Positions 48,083-57,969 of a DNA stretch of 64,000 bases are shown here, piece after piece. Each line of letters begins with the position of its first letter. Position 1 is the stretch's first letter. Both the position numbers and the translations under genes were made by a program. A model generated the notes under the pieces. The model did not search any database. It was not told where the DNA came from and saw nothing but the letters and a program-made list of their open reading frames with translations. This DNA comes from Candidatus Omnitrophota bacterium (GTDB lineage Bacteria > Omnitrophota > Gorgyraeia > B26-G9), in contig JBDRPX010000007.1 of NCBI GenBank assembly GCA_043826565.1, positions 9,412 through 73,411 of the forward strand, in the 5' to 3' direction.

Positions 48083-50326
48083 ATGTGGTGGAAATGGTTC
48101 CCGTTGAAATTCATCGTAAGGGTGCTTGCGCGCCGGCAGGGGTTTTTGGACCCGATTAAAATCATCTCTCAGCTGCAGAATTTCGCGCAGCCTTCTGAGG
48201 TGGCCGCTCCGATGGAACTGGTGCGCTCAGGTTTTGTTTTGCACGCGCGCGGGCTTATAAATAGTTTGGCGATTCAGCATAATCTTGATTGGATCTGGCC
48301 TTATTGGGTGGAATGTCAGTATAACCCTCGAAACGAAGCATTTATCCCGCGGGCCTTTTCATTAACTCAAATTAATCTTACCCATAGGAATTGGACGGCT
48401 CTGGGAGTTCCTGACAGCAGTGAATTTTCCATTGTAGACCCGCGCGGCCTTGTTACTCCCTGTTATGATGGGTGGTCGCTTGATGCCTGGATTATTCCAA
48501 AAGAAGGAGAGCCATTAATTCCTTCCCGCTTAAGCGGTGTTTCACAGAAACTGGTTATGGATAACGGCCTTTGTGTCATTACAGAATCATTGGGTAATAA
48601 GTTAAAGATTCAAACGAAAGTCAGGGTTATTGGCTCGGCGCAATCTCCGGTATGTCAGATTCTCGTTGAAGGATTCAGCCTACAAGCCGCGGCGTGGCTG
48701 GTTATTGCTCTGCGGCCGTATAATCCCGAGGGAGTAAGTTTTGTCCATGATATTGCTTTGCTGGAAAACCGGATGGGCTGGCAGGTGAATCGCAAAGATT
48801 TTGTGTATTTTGATATCCCTCCGGATCGATGTGAGTTTTCATATTATCATCACGGTGATGTTTATAATCATTTAGCATCTCAGGAAGATAAGAAAGAAAT
48901 ATGGTGCAGGGTCGGGATGGCCACTGCGGCAGGATTATACAAACTGGAGGCTGGGCTTCCCCGGAAAATTACCGCTGAAATACCTTTAACGAAAAACAGA
49001 AAAGAAAAACAATCAGATACAGATGGCCGGCATACTGCCAAGCTTGCGTGGGAGAAAAGCGTTCAAGGCGCGTGTTCGCTGCAGATCCCGGATAAACATT
49101 TTCAGTTTCTTTATGAAGCTGCTATCCGCACCATGGTATTGCATTCGCCCAAGGAGGTTTATCCCGGGCCGTACATTTACCGTAGGTTTTGGTTTCGTGA
49201 TGCCGCGTTTATATTATATGCCTTGTTATGCGTTGGATTAAAAGAGCGTGTCCGGCGGGCATTGGATTGTTTTCGCTTGCGTCAGACAGTCACGGGTTAT
49301 TTTCTTTCCCAAGAGGGAGAATGGGATTCTAATGGAGAGGCCTTGTGGATCATGAGCCAATATTGCCAAATGACGGGAGAAGCTCCGCCAAAAGAATGGA
49401 AAGAATCGATATTAAAAGCCGGAAAATGGATTTGTAAAAAAAGGTTATCAAGTAATTTAAAATTTATTCACGCGGGATTATTGCCCTCGGGATTTAGCGC
49501 CGAACATTTGGGGCCGAATGATTTTTATTATTGGGATGACTTTTGGGCGGTCGCGGGATTAAAAGCAGCGGCTTTTTTGTGCTCTGCTTATAATGATCAG
49601 GCTAAGACTGTTTATTTTGCCAGCCAATCAGCCGCGTTTCTGGAGAGTATTGAGCAAAGCCTGAAAAAAGTGCGGGAACGTTTAAAAAGGCCGGCAATAC
49701 CGGCATCGCCCTATCGCCGCATGGATACAGGAGCGGTCGGCTCTTTGGTTGCCAGTTATCCGCTTCAGGTTTTTGAATCCAATGACCCCAGGATTTTAGA
49801 TACCGCTGATTTTTTAATGAACAATTGTTTGGTCCATGGCGGTTTTTTTCACGACATGACCCATTCCGGGATCAATCCGTATCTTACGTTACATTTATCT
49901 CAAGTGCTTTTGCGCGCGGGTGACCCCAGGTATTTTGGCTTGATGCAAGCGGTAGCTAAATTGGCGACATCTACAGGGCAATGGCCTGAGTCGATACATC
50001 CGCGTACAGGCGGCGGATGCATGGGAGACGGACAGCATGTATGGGCCGCGGCGGAGTGGGTTTTGATGATAAGAAATTGTTTTGTGAGAGAGGAAGCAGA
50101 CAACTATTTAATTCTTTGTTCCGGAGTACCAAGCGAATGGTTGAGGCAAGTTGGAACTATTTCGTTTGGTCCTGTTTCAACAACCTACGGCGATATTTCT
50201 TTAAAAATTAAGTGTGATGGAGAAAATGTGGATGTTCAATGGAATGGGAAATGGCATGGAGAAGAACCGCATATTGAAGTAAAGCTGCCAGAAAATATGC
50301 TGCTTTACCCAAAAAAGAATGAATAA
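48083..50326 (+). CDS. Six-hairpin glycoside hydrolase-like protein (GH15/GH78-like clan), uncharacterised
   Basis: FWFRDAA, EWDSNGE, SAEHLG, YYWDDFW, GQWPE, GDGQH. Confidence 0.65.
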   Translation: MWWKWFPLKFIVRVLARRQGFLDPIKIISQLQNFAQPSEVAAPMELVRSGFVLHARGLINSLAIQHNLDWIWPYWVECQYNPRNEAFIPRAFSLTQINLTHRNWTALGVPDSSEFSIVDPRGLVTPCYDGWSLDAWIIPKEGEPLIPSRLSGVSQKLVMDNGLCVITESLGNKLKIQTKVRVIGSAQSPVCQILVEGFSLQAAAWLVIALRPYNPEGVSFVHDIALLENRMGWQVNRKDFVYFDIPPDRCEFSYYHHGDVYNHLASQEDKKEIWCRVGMATAAGLYKLEAGLPRKITAEIPLTKNRKEKQSDTDGRHTAKLAWEKSVQGACSLQIPDKHFQFLYEAAIRTMVLHSPKEVYPGPYIYRRFWFRDAAFILYALLCVGLKERVRRALDCFRLRQTVTGYFLSQEGEWDSNGEALWIMSQYCQMTGEAPPKEWKESILKAGKWICKKRLSSNLKFIHAGLLPSGFSAEHLGPNDFYYWDDFWAVAGLKAAAFLCSAYNDQAKTVYFASQSAAFLESIEQSLKKVRERLKRPAIPASPYRRMDTGAVGSLVASYPLQVFESNDPRILDTADFLMNNCLVHGGFFHDMTHSGINPYLTLHLSQVLLRAGDPRYFGLMQAVAKLATSTGQWPESIHPRTGGGCMGDGQHVWAAAEWVLMIRNCFVREEADNYLILCSGVPSEWLRQVGTISFGPVSTTYGDISLKIKCDGENVDVQWNGKWHGEEPHIEVKLPENMLLYPKKNE

Positions 50327-50369
50327 AATGTAGTGTTAAAAGTTATTTAAATAAAGGATTAGATTTGTA

Positions 50370-51092
50370 ATGAATAAAAATGATATGCGAAAACTCTTGG
50401 TTAAAGTCGTTTTTTTCATGGCTTTTGCAATAGTCCTTTTTGCAGCCCTGCGTTTGATGGGGATCAATTATTCTAACATGAGCGTTGCACAGATAAAGGC
50501 GAGCATTAAGTCTTATGGGGCGTGGGCACCGTTGATGTACATACTCATATATCAAATTCGTCCTTTTATTTTGCTTCCATCATCAATGGCTTTAGTAGCT
50601 GCTGGAATAATTTGGGGATGGGAAGCTCTTATTTATATTTATTTGGCTTCTATTATTTGCGCGACTTGGCAATTCTTTATTGCCCGTTATTTTGCTCGTG
50701 ATGCTGTCGAAAGGATGGTTAATGCAAAGGCGGAAGAAATTAAGAAATATGTTGAAAAGAATAGTTTAGTAAGTGTGATACTTATTCGAATGATACCAAA
50801 TGTTGTATGGGACATTCAGAATCTCATGTTAGGTTTAACAAAGATAAAATATTGGAAATATATTTTAGGGACAATTATTGGTATTCTGCCAGGATCAATT
50901 GTTTTTGTTTATTTTGGGGATTCATTAGTAAGCGTTTTATTAAATCCGCAACATTGGTGGAAGATGGTATTAGCGGTGCTTTTAGCTGTGCTTGTTTTAG
51001 GGGGAATATACTGGCTGCAAAAAAATATCAGAGATAAAGAATCTAAAAAGGAGATTAAAGATGAATATTGTTATGATGACCAACACCTATAA
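50370..51092 (+). CDS. TVP38/TMEM64 (VTT/DedA) membrane protein
   Basis: LPSS..AG..WG, FFIARY, IRMIP, GTIIGILPG. Confidence 0.85.
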   Translation: MNKNDMRKLLVKVVFFMAFAIVLFAALRLMGINYSNMSVAQIKASIKSYGAWAPLMYILIYQIRPFILLPSSMALVAAGIIWGWEALIYIYLASIICATWQFFIARYFARDAVERMVNAKAEEIKKYVEKNSLVSVILIRMIPNVVWDIQNLMLGLTKIKYWKYILGTIIGILPGSIVFVYFGDSLVSVLLNPQHWWKMVLAVLLAVLVLGGIYWLQKNIRDKESKKEIKDEYCYDDQHL

Positions 51093-52395
51093 GCCTATCC
51101 TTGGTGGATTGGAGAAATCAGTTGAGGTTTTTTCCGAAGAATATCGAAAGCGGGGGCATAAAGTTTTAATTGTCGCACCTGAATTTGAGGATGCCTTTAA
51201 AAAAGAAAAAGACGTTTTTCGTATACCCGCAATTAAGAATGTTGGTGATAGTGAGTTTTCGATTGAGATGGGGATTTCTCTTGAACTTAACAAGGCGCTT
51301 AAGAGATTCAAACCAGATATCATTCATACCCATCACCCCTTTTTAATTGGCGATACGGCTTTACGAGCTGCTGCTGAATTTAATGTTCCACTTGTTTTTA
51401 CCAATCATACTTTATATGAAGAAAATACTCATTATCTACCAGGTGGTAATTCAGCGGCGATGAAAAAGTTCGTGGTGAGATTAGCTAAGGGATATGCTGA
51501 TTTGTGTGATCAGGTGATTGCTCCAAGTGAGAGTGTAGCCAATCTTTTAAAAAAGAGAGGCGTTAAAACGCCCATTGAAGTTTTACCAACGGGCATATAC
51601 ATTGACCAATTTAAGAAAGGGAATGGGGCAACGTTCCGCAAATTTTTTGATATCCCTAAAGATGCGTTTGTTGTCGGAATCATTGGACGAATGGCTCAGG
51701 AGAAAAATGTCCCGTTTTTATCAAAAGCGGTCACTGCTTTTCTTAAGAAAAATAAAAATGCTTATTTTGTCGTCGTGGGAGGAGGCCCCTTACTTGAAAG
51801 CATAAAGTCAAGTTTTGAGAAAAATAAGTTAGGGGATCGTCTAATCTGTACAGGGGTACTAAAAGGAAAACAGCTTATTAGCGCGTATGATGCTTTGGAT
51901 GTTTTTGCATTTTCTTCTCACAGTGAAACACAAGGTTTAGTTCTTGTTGAAGCGATGGCAGCGGGAACCCCGGTTGTAGGCGTTGATGCCCCAGGAGTCA
52001 GAGAAGTTATTGAAGATAAGAAGAACGGAAGGATTCTTAAAAATGATAATGCCCAGGAATTTGCTGAAGCACTTTCTTGGATAGCAAAGCAGTCTCCTCA
52101 AGAACGCGCGGCTTTGAAGAAAAATGCCAGGAAAACGGCAGAAGAATTTTCAGTACCTATTTGTGTGAAAAAAGCGCTTAAATTGTATTCTTCCGCGATT
52201 AAACGACAACGTAAAGAGTGTGACTTAGACAAGAGTTCGTGGAAAAGGAATGTACGTCTTTTAAACGCTCAGGCAGAACTTATGGTTAACACAACGAAAG
52301 CAAGTGTAGTTGCTGTATCTGGAATACCCAAAACAACAGCTTTGAAAGCAGTGGAAATGGTTAAAAAAGGCTTTAAGGATCTTATTCACTCTTGA
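51061..52395 (+). CDS. GT4 glycosyltransferase (diacylglycerol glucosyltransferase-like)
   Basis: TNTYKPILGG, HTHHPF, HTLYE, SETQGLVLVEAMAAG. Confidence 0.85.
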   Translation: MNIVMMTNTYKPILGGLEKSVEVFSEEYRKRGHKVLIVAPEFEDAFKKEKDVFRIPAIKNVGDSEFSIEMGISLELNKALKRFKPDIIHTHHPFLIGDTALRAAAEFNVPLVFTNHTLYEENTHYLPGGNSAAMKKFVVRLAKGYADLCDQVIAPSESVANLLKKRGVKTPIEVLPTGIYIDQFKKGNGATFRKFFDIPKDAFVVGIIGRMAQEKNVPFLSKAVTAFLKKNKNAYFVVVGGGPLLESIKSSFEKNKLGDRLICTGVLKGKQLISAYDALDVFAFSSHSETQGLVLVEAMAAGTPVVGVDAPGVREVIEDKKNGRILKNDNAQEFAEALSWIAKQSPQERAALKKNARKTAEEFSVPICVKKALKLYSSAIKRQRKECDLDKSSWKRNVRLLNAQAELMVNTTKASVVAVSGIPKTTALKAVEMVKKGFKDLIHS

Positions 52396-52412
52396 AAGCG
52401 GGGTAAGGTGCG

Positions 52413-52790
52413 ATGAGTCAAATAAAAGAAATCATTAGATTTTCAATTACCGGTATTCTTGTTGTTGCAACGGATGTTAGCATATATTATTTATTGATTA
52501 GATTTTTACCTAGCGCGATAGCAAAGGGAATATCTTTTACTTGCGCAGGAATAGTTACTTATTTATTGAATAAGTATTGGACCTTTAAGCAAGCAGAAAA
52601 GTCTAGTTATGAAATATTCCGGTTTGTTTTCGCTAATTCTTTAGCTTTAGGCATTAATATCGGTATCAACGAAGCTATTTTATATATTGATAAACAGGCA
52701 GTCTTTTTAGCATTATCAATAGCAACGGCGATGACAGCTATTTTCACATTTATTGTATTTAAATTTTGGGTTTTTAAATTGAAAGGATAA
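52413..52790 (+). CDS. GtrA-family membrane protein
   Basis: IRFSITG, YLLNKYWTF, FKFWVF; four TMs. Confidence 0.85.
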   Translation: MSQIKEIIRFSITGILVVATDVSIYYLLIRFLPSAIAKGISFTCAGIVTYLLNKYWTFKQAEKSSYEIFRFVFANSLALGINIGINEAILYIDKQAVFLALSIATAMTAIFTFIVFKFWVFKLKG

Positions 52791-52793
52791 TCT

Positions 52794-54209
52794 ATGAGTG
52801 AAGCAAATAAGTGCCCTGTTTCTTTAAGAGCGAAAAATATTGAACCGTATGAAAAAATCGTTGGTAAGCATGTAGTTGAAAAACTTAAGAATATGTCAAA
52901 ACGATTAAAAGGGAAGTCCTGGGCGCATCTTAACTCGACTTATCTGGGGGGCGGTGTTGCTGAAATGCTGCAGAATCAAATTCCACTTTTAAGAGGTTTA
53001 GGGATTGATGCGCAGTGGCATGTCCTCGAAGGAAATCAGAAATTTTTTGAAGTAACGAAGAAATTTCATAATGCCTTGCAAGGCGTAAGCCAAGAATTCT
53101 CGTTAGATGATTTGTTTGAAACATACTTAGGGACGATTTATGAGAATGCGAAAAAGATTAGTATTGAAGCGGATATGGTAACTATTCATGATCCACAGCC
53201 GGTGGCTATTATTACGCATGCCCGTATTTTCGGACATATTTTATGGCGTTGCCACATTGATACGACAGAAGCGGATAAAAAAGTATGGCGGTTCTTACAT
53301 CCATACTTAAATCATTATTCGGGTGCCATTTTTACAATTCCGGAGTTTATTAAAGAAGATCTGCAAACACCGGTTTATGAGATTGCTCCTGCGATTGATC
53401 CTTTGCATCCTAAAAATAAACTCAGAGATCGAAAACAAGCATTAAACGATTTGGATAGTTTATTTAAAAAAAATAATATTGACCCAGAACGTCCGATTAT
53501 TGCTGCAGTATCGCGCTACGATATTCATAAGAATCAAAAGGGAATTATTAAAGCATTTAAATTACTGAAAAAGAATCTCTCAACCAAAATATCACCATTA
53601 CTGATTATTATGGGAAACACGGCATCTGATGATCCGGAAGGTGAAGAGATGTATAAGAAAATGCAGGAGTTGGCTGGAGGTGACAAAGACATTCATTTAT
53701 TGCTAAATGTTAAGAATAATGATCAGGTTGTCGGTTCATTAATTCATTTAGCGGAGTGCTTTGTTCACATATCAACCAAAGAAGGTTTTGGATTAGTTGT
53801 AACCGAGGCATTATGGCAAGGGACACCGGTTATCGGCAGTAACATTGGAGGTATACCGCGTCAGGTTATTGACAAAGAAAATGGGTATTTAGTCAAGCCG
53901 GATGATTATGAGCTTGTTGCGAAAAACATGAAGAAAGTATTAGAGGATAAACAATTAGCCAAGGAAATGGGAAAGAAAGGACAAGAACACGTTCGTAATA
54001 ATTATCTTCTTCCTCATAAATTAATAAAAGAATTGCAACTTATGGAATATTATCTCGAGATATCTAAGCGTGTCCCGGGCTTTCGTATTAATGATGTCAG
54101 TTACTGCGAAATCAATCGAAAGTACTATGGGCGAAGCCGATGGCCTTTTACGCGTAAAGAATTTAAGAGTAAAATTCGAAAACTGAAAAATGCTTTTCCT
54201 AAGACCTGA
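52794..54209 (+). CDS. treT: Glycosyltransferring trehalose synthase (TreT-like)
   Basis: NSTYLGGGVAEML, FFEVTKKFHNALQG, IHDPQP, WRCHID, EGFGLVVTEALW. Confidence 0.82.
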   Translation: MSEANKCPVSLRAKNIEPYEKIVGKHVVEKLKNMSKRLKGKSWAHLNSTYLGGGVAEMLQNQIPLLRGLGIDAQWHVLEGNQKFFEVTKKFHNALQGVSQEFSLDDLFETYLGTIYENAKKISIEADMVTIHDPQPVAIITHARIFGHILWRCHIDTTEADKKVWRFLHPYLNHYSGAIFTIPEFIKEDLQTPVYEIAPAIDPLHPKNKLRDRKQALNDLDSLFKKNNIDPERPIIAAVSRYDIHKNQKGIIKAFKLLKKNLSTKISPLLIIMGNTASDDPEGEEMYKKMQELAGGDKDIHLLLNVKNNDQVVGSLIHLAECFVHISTKEGFGLVVTEALWQGTPVIGSNIGGIPRQVIDKENGYLVKPDDYELVAKNMKKVLEDKQLAKEMGKKGQEHVRNNYLLPHKLIKELQLMEYYLEISKRVPGFRINDVSYCEINRKYYGRSRWPFTRKEFKSKIRKLKNAFPKT

Positions 54210-54306
54210 TGGGGTTGATGGGGATTATTATGTTTCTGATAGCATAACTTAGCGGTATTAGGAGGATGGTAGCTTATGGCAGCAAGGAGTAGAAAAGCGT
54301 AACCTG

Positions 54307-55107
54307 ATGAAAACTGATTCGATCGCGAAAATAAGAGTGATGACTTATAACGTTCATAGCTGCCGTGGATTAGACGGAAGAGTGCTTCCCGAACGGATTG
54401 CCCGCGTTATTGAACAGTTTAATCCTGATTTGGTTGCGTTGCAGGAATTAGATGTTAATCGAAGATGGAGTAAGCGGATGGATCAACCTCTTTTAATCGC
54501 AGGGCACCTTCGGATGCAATGCCATTTTCAGCCGGTGATCGCCGTCGAGGGAGAACATTATGGTATTGCTATTCTAAGTCGGCATCCTTTTGAAATCAAA
54601 AAATCTGAGGACTTACCGAGTTATCCGAAAAAGTCTATTCCAAGGAAAAGTTATATTCCTTTTTTAAAATATTTATTTGAACCCCGCCATGCCATATGGA
54701 CTTCGGTAACAATTGGCAGTGGAGTAATAAATTTTGTTAATACTCATCTCAGTTTACGGGCTAACGAGCGTCTTGAACAAATCAAAAGTCTTTTAGGCGA
54801 GGAGTGGCTAAATATGGATTCGCATAAAGTTCCAACTATTTTCTGCGGTGATTTCAATGAAGGCCCGCGTGCCCGAGGATATCAATTACTTAAGGCATCA
54901 TTTGATGAAGTTAAATCTTCCATGGCTCATAAAGGTTCTAGAAAAACATTATTTAGTCCTTTGCCGCTTTTTGAGGTAGACCATATATTCTATAATGGTA
55001 ACCTTCGCGTTGAATCGGTAAATGTTCCAAACACTCCTTTAACAAGAATCGCCTCCGATCATCTGCCGGTTATTGCCGATTTTTCTCTTTATCAAGGAGG
55101 CCAGTGA
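54307..55107 (+). CDS. Endonuclease/exonuclease/phosphatase family protein (YbhP-like)
   Basis: TYNVH, LQE, NTHL, GDFN, ASDHLP. Confidence 0.88.
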   Translation: MKTDSIAKIRVMTYNVHSCRGLDGRVLPERIARVIEQFNPDLVALQELDVNRRWSKRMDQPLLIAGHLRMQCHFQPVIAVEGEHYGIAILSRHPFEIKKSEDLPSYPKKSIPRKSYIPFLKYLFEPRHAIWTSVTIGSGVINFVNTHLSLRANERLEQIKSLLGEEWLNMDSHKVPTIFCGDFNEGPRARGYQLLKASFDEVKSSMAHKGSRKTLFSPLPLFEVDHIFYNGNLRVESVNVPNTPLTRIASDHLPVIADFSLYQGGQ

Positions 55108-56573
55108 TGGGGATATTTCCATTGATTGTTATTGCTTTTCAGATTTATATTGTTTTTACGGTCATTGTTCTTTTGCTGGATAATAGAGATCCGTCCGAGA
55201 CTTTTGCCTGGATATTTATATTTATCCTTTTGCCGATAGCAGGATTTGCTCTTTATTTGTTTGCCGGCCGTAGTTGGAAAAAAAGTTACGATCATAAAAG
55301 GAAACTTCCGCAATATATCGCAAAAAATCTCATTACGTTATTTAAACCGATCGATGAAGTGCAAGAAAAACTGATCAAGATGATGAGCAGCCGATCGAAA
55401 CTGCAGCACAACGATTTAATGACGCTTTTGTATCGTAATTCTAAATCGTTGTTAACAGTGGACAACAGTGTAAAAGTTTATCACCAAGGAAAAGAAAAAT
55501 TTGAAGATCTGTTGAAGGATATTAAAGAAGCAAAGAATTTCATTCATCTTCAGTATTTCATCTGGTATTCCAACGACGCCTTAGGGAGAAAATTAAAAAA
55601 ATTACTGATTGAAAAAGTCAAAGAAGGTGTAGAAGTAAAAATTCTTTATGATTATGCAGGTTGCTTCTTTACACTAGGCCGCGGCTATATCCGTTCATTG
55701 CGGAAAGAGGGTATTCTTATTTATCCGTTTTTTAATTATCTGTCCGCTTTTAAAACTCACACCTTTAATTATCGGAACCATCGTAAAATTGCTGTAATTG
55801 ACGGAAAAATTGCATATATGGGGGGCATGAATATTGGCCAGGAATATATTGATGGAGGGAAAAAATATAAATCCTGGCGTGATACGCATATGCGGTTTAA
55901 AGGAGATTCTGTCAATATTCTGCATGCGATTTTTGCGATCGATTGGTACAATACTGTGCCCAAGGAAGATATTTTTGAAAAGAAGTATTTCCCGACCCTG
56001 CCCGACAAAATGGAATTAACTGGAGATCTTCCTGTCCAGTTCTCAACATCCGGATATGATTCTCCCTGGCCGGCAATTATGCATTTATATTTTTCTTTTA
56101 TTACTATGGCTGAAAAGAGTATTACTATTGTTTCACCCTATTTTATCCCGGAATCAAGTTTGTTGGTGGCTCTAAAAACAGCAGCGATGAGAGGCGTAAA
56201 AGTGACTGTGTTGATGGCGGGGATTCATGATAATCCAATGCCTTATTGGGCCGCGTTCTCTTATTTTGAAGAATTGCTTAAGTCCGGTGTTCAGATTTTT
56301 CAATATCAAAAAGGCTTTATGCATGCGAAGATTCTATCATGTGACGGCCGGATGTGTTCCATGGGAACAGCGAACTTTGATATTAGAAGCCTTAGATTAA
56401 ATTACGAAGTGAACGCTGTGTTCTATGACGAAAAACTGACTAAGGAGCTAGATCAGCAAATCGCCAAGGACTTGGAGAATTCAAAGGAAGTTACTTTAGC
56501 GGATTTTAATCAAATCTCAATCATAGTCCGTCTCAGAAATTCTCTAATGAGGCTTTTTTCTGCTTTGCTTTAA
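55104..56573 (+). CDS. cls: Cardiolipin synthase
   Basis: Two N-terminal TMs, two HKD motifs (NHRKIAVIDG, MHAKILSCDG). Confidence 0.92.
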   Translation: MMGIFPLIVIAFQIYIVFTVIVLLLDNRDPSETFAWIFIFILLPIAGFALYLFAGRSWKKSYDHKRKLPQYIAKNLITLFKPIDEVQEKLIKMMSSRSKLQHNDLMTLLYRNSKSLLTVDNSVKVYHQGKEKFEDLLKDIKEAKNFIHLQYFIWYSNDALGRKLKKLLIEKVKEGVEVKILYDYAGCFFTLGRGYIRSLRKEGILIYPFFNYLSAFKTHTFNYRNHRKIAVIDGKIAYMGGMNIGQEYIDGGKKYKSWRDTHMRFKGDSVNILHAIFAIDWYNTVPKEDIFEKKYFPTLPDKMELTGDLPVQFSTSGYDSPWPAIMHLYFSFITMAEKSITIVSPYFIPESSLLVALKTAAMRGVKVTVLMAGIHDNPMPYWAAFSYFEELLKSGVQIFQYQKGFMHAKILSCDGRMCSMGTANFDIRSLRLNYEVNAVFYDEKLTKELDQQIAKDLENSKEVTLADFNQISIIVRLRNSLMRLFSALL

Positions 56574-56630
56574 TCTTAGTACCTCTGAAATTCATCTGTT
56601 AATGTCAAATATCAGCTGGTTGTAGAAGCT

Positions 56631-56676
56631 ATTATACCCAAGTACAATTGATATAATCACGCGGTTTTATTAAAAT
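56631..56676 (+). promoter_or_regulatory. Dyad box ATTATAC-CCAA-GTACAAT overlapping the -35
   Basis: Copy 3 of 3; -35 TTGATA 56648-53, 17-bp spacer, TAAAAT 56671-76. Confidence 0.8.
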
Positions 56677-56704
56677 AAAAATAGGAAATAAGAGGAGGAA
56701 ATTT

Positions 56705-56842
56705 ATGGCGGATAAGAATAATTCATTGAAGCCAGGCGCTGGATTTTTAAAGCCATGGATGATTGCGGCGATAGTCATCGGTATCGCATGGATAATTGGT
56801 GCAGGCTTTCTAGCACTTGTTTCATCTGTGAAAAAAATGTAA
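56705..56842 (+). CDS. 45-aa single-TM protein (MADKNNSLKPGAGFLKPWMIAAIVIGIAWIIGAGFLALVSSVKKM)
   Basis: SD GAGGAGG; first ORF after dyad promoter 3. Confidence 0.65.
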   Translation: MADKNNSLKPGAGFLKPWMIAAIVIGIAWIIGAGFLALVSSVKKM

Positions 56843-56903
56843 TGGTTTTCTGCCTTTAAGTTGTTTTAAGGATAAAGGCAGAGCTAAAAGAGAGATTAAA
56901 ATT

Positions 56904-57941
56904 ATGAATGATTATCTTTTTTCTGGTATTTTAATATTTTCCGGCTTTATCTCCGGATGGATTTTTTATTTTCTTGTCCTGTTTTTAATTAAACGGCGGG
57001 GAGCTGTTTCCTCAGAATTGCTTAAAGTCAATCTGGGGCTTCTTAAAAGCCCGTTACGTTTTTTGATGCCCACTTTATGTATCGCGGGGGTTATTCCTTT
57101 ATTGCGGCTGACGGAAAAAGTGAAGGGCGGAATTAACCAGTTTATTCAAATCCTGCTTATCTCGTTGTTTGGCTGGGTTGCCGTAAGGGTTATTTACATC
57201 GTTCGCGATTCGCTTTTGAAGCGTTATGATATTGATGTCCAGGACAATGTACATGCCCGCAGCATGCACACACAACTGCAGATGCTCGCGAATGTCATAG
57301 TTGTGGGTATCGTTGTATTAACCGTTTCTTTTGTTTTGATGAGTTTCTCAGAAGTTAGGCATATCGGGGTAAGTATATTGGCTTCGGCGGGAATTATCGG
57401 TATAGTTGTAGGCTTTGCCGCGCAAAAAACACTGGGGAATCTTATCGCCGGTATTCAAATCGCTATTGCCCAGCCAATTCGTCTGGATGATGTGGTTATT
57501 ATTGAAAATGAATGGGGCTGGATTGAGGAAATTACGCTTACTTTTGCGGTAGTGCGCATATGGGATCTAAGGCGTTTGGTGGTTCCAATATCATATTTTC
57601 TCGAAAAACCGTTTCAGAATTGGACGCGGACTTCAGCTGATCTGCTGGGAACTGTTTTTATATATACAGATTACACTGTACCCGTGGAAAAGGTGCGTAA
57701 TGAATTAACGCGTATTCTGGAAAATAATTCCAAGTGGGACAAAAAGGTCAATGTGCTGCAGGTAACCAATGCTACTGAAAAAACAGTTGAACTGCGGGCG
57801 CTGATGAGCGCGGCGGATTCTCCTACTGCCTGGGGTTTACGCTGTGAGGTCAGGGAAAAACTATTGGAGTTTTTGCAGCAGCATTTTCCGGAATGTTTGC
57901 CGCGGATACGCGTTGAAATGAATAAGCGGGAATCAGGCTGA
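56904..57941 (+). CDS. MscS-family mechanosensitive channel
   Basis: SILASAG..GFAAQKTLGNLIAG, PIRLDD, EEITLT, FQNW. Confidence 0.9.
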   Translation: MNDYLFSGILIFSGFISGWIFYFLVLFLIKRRGAVSSELLKVNLGLLKSPLRFLMPTLCIAGVIPLLRLTEKVKGGINQFIQILLISLFGWVAVRVIYIVRDSLLKRYDIDVQDNVHARSMHTQLQMLANVIVVGIVVLTVSFVLMSFSEVRHIGVSILASAGIIGIVVGFAAQKTLGNLIAGIQIAIAQPIRLDDVVIIENEWGWIEEITLTFAVVRIWDLRRLVVPISYFLEKPFQNWTRTSADLLGTVFIYTDYTVPVEKVRNELTRILENNSKWDKKVNVLQVTNATEKTVELRALMSAADSPTAWGLRCEVREKLLEFLQQHFPECLPRIRVEMNKRESG

Positions 57942-57969
57942 TATGAGCGGTGTTTTAATGAGGCAAATC

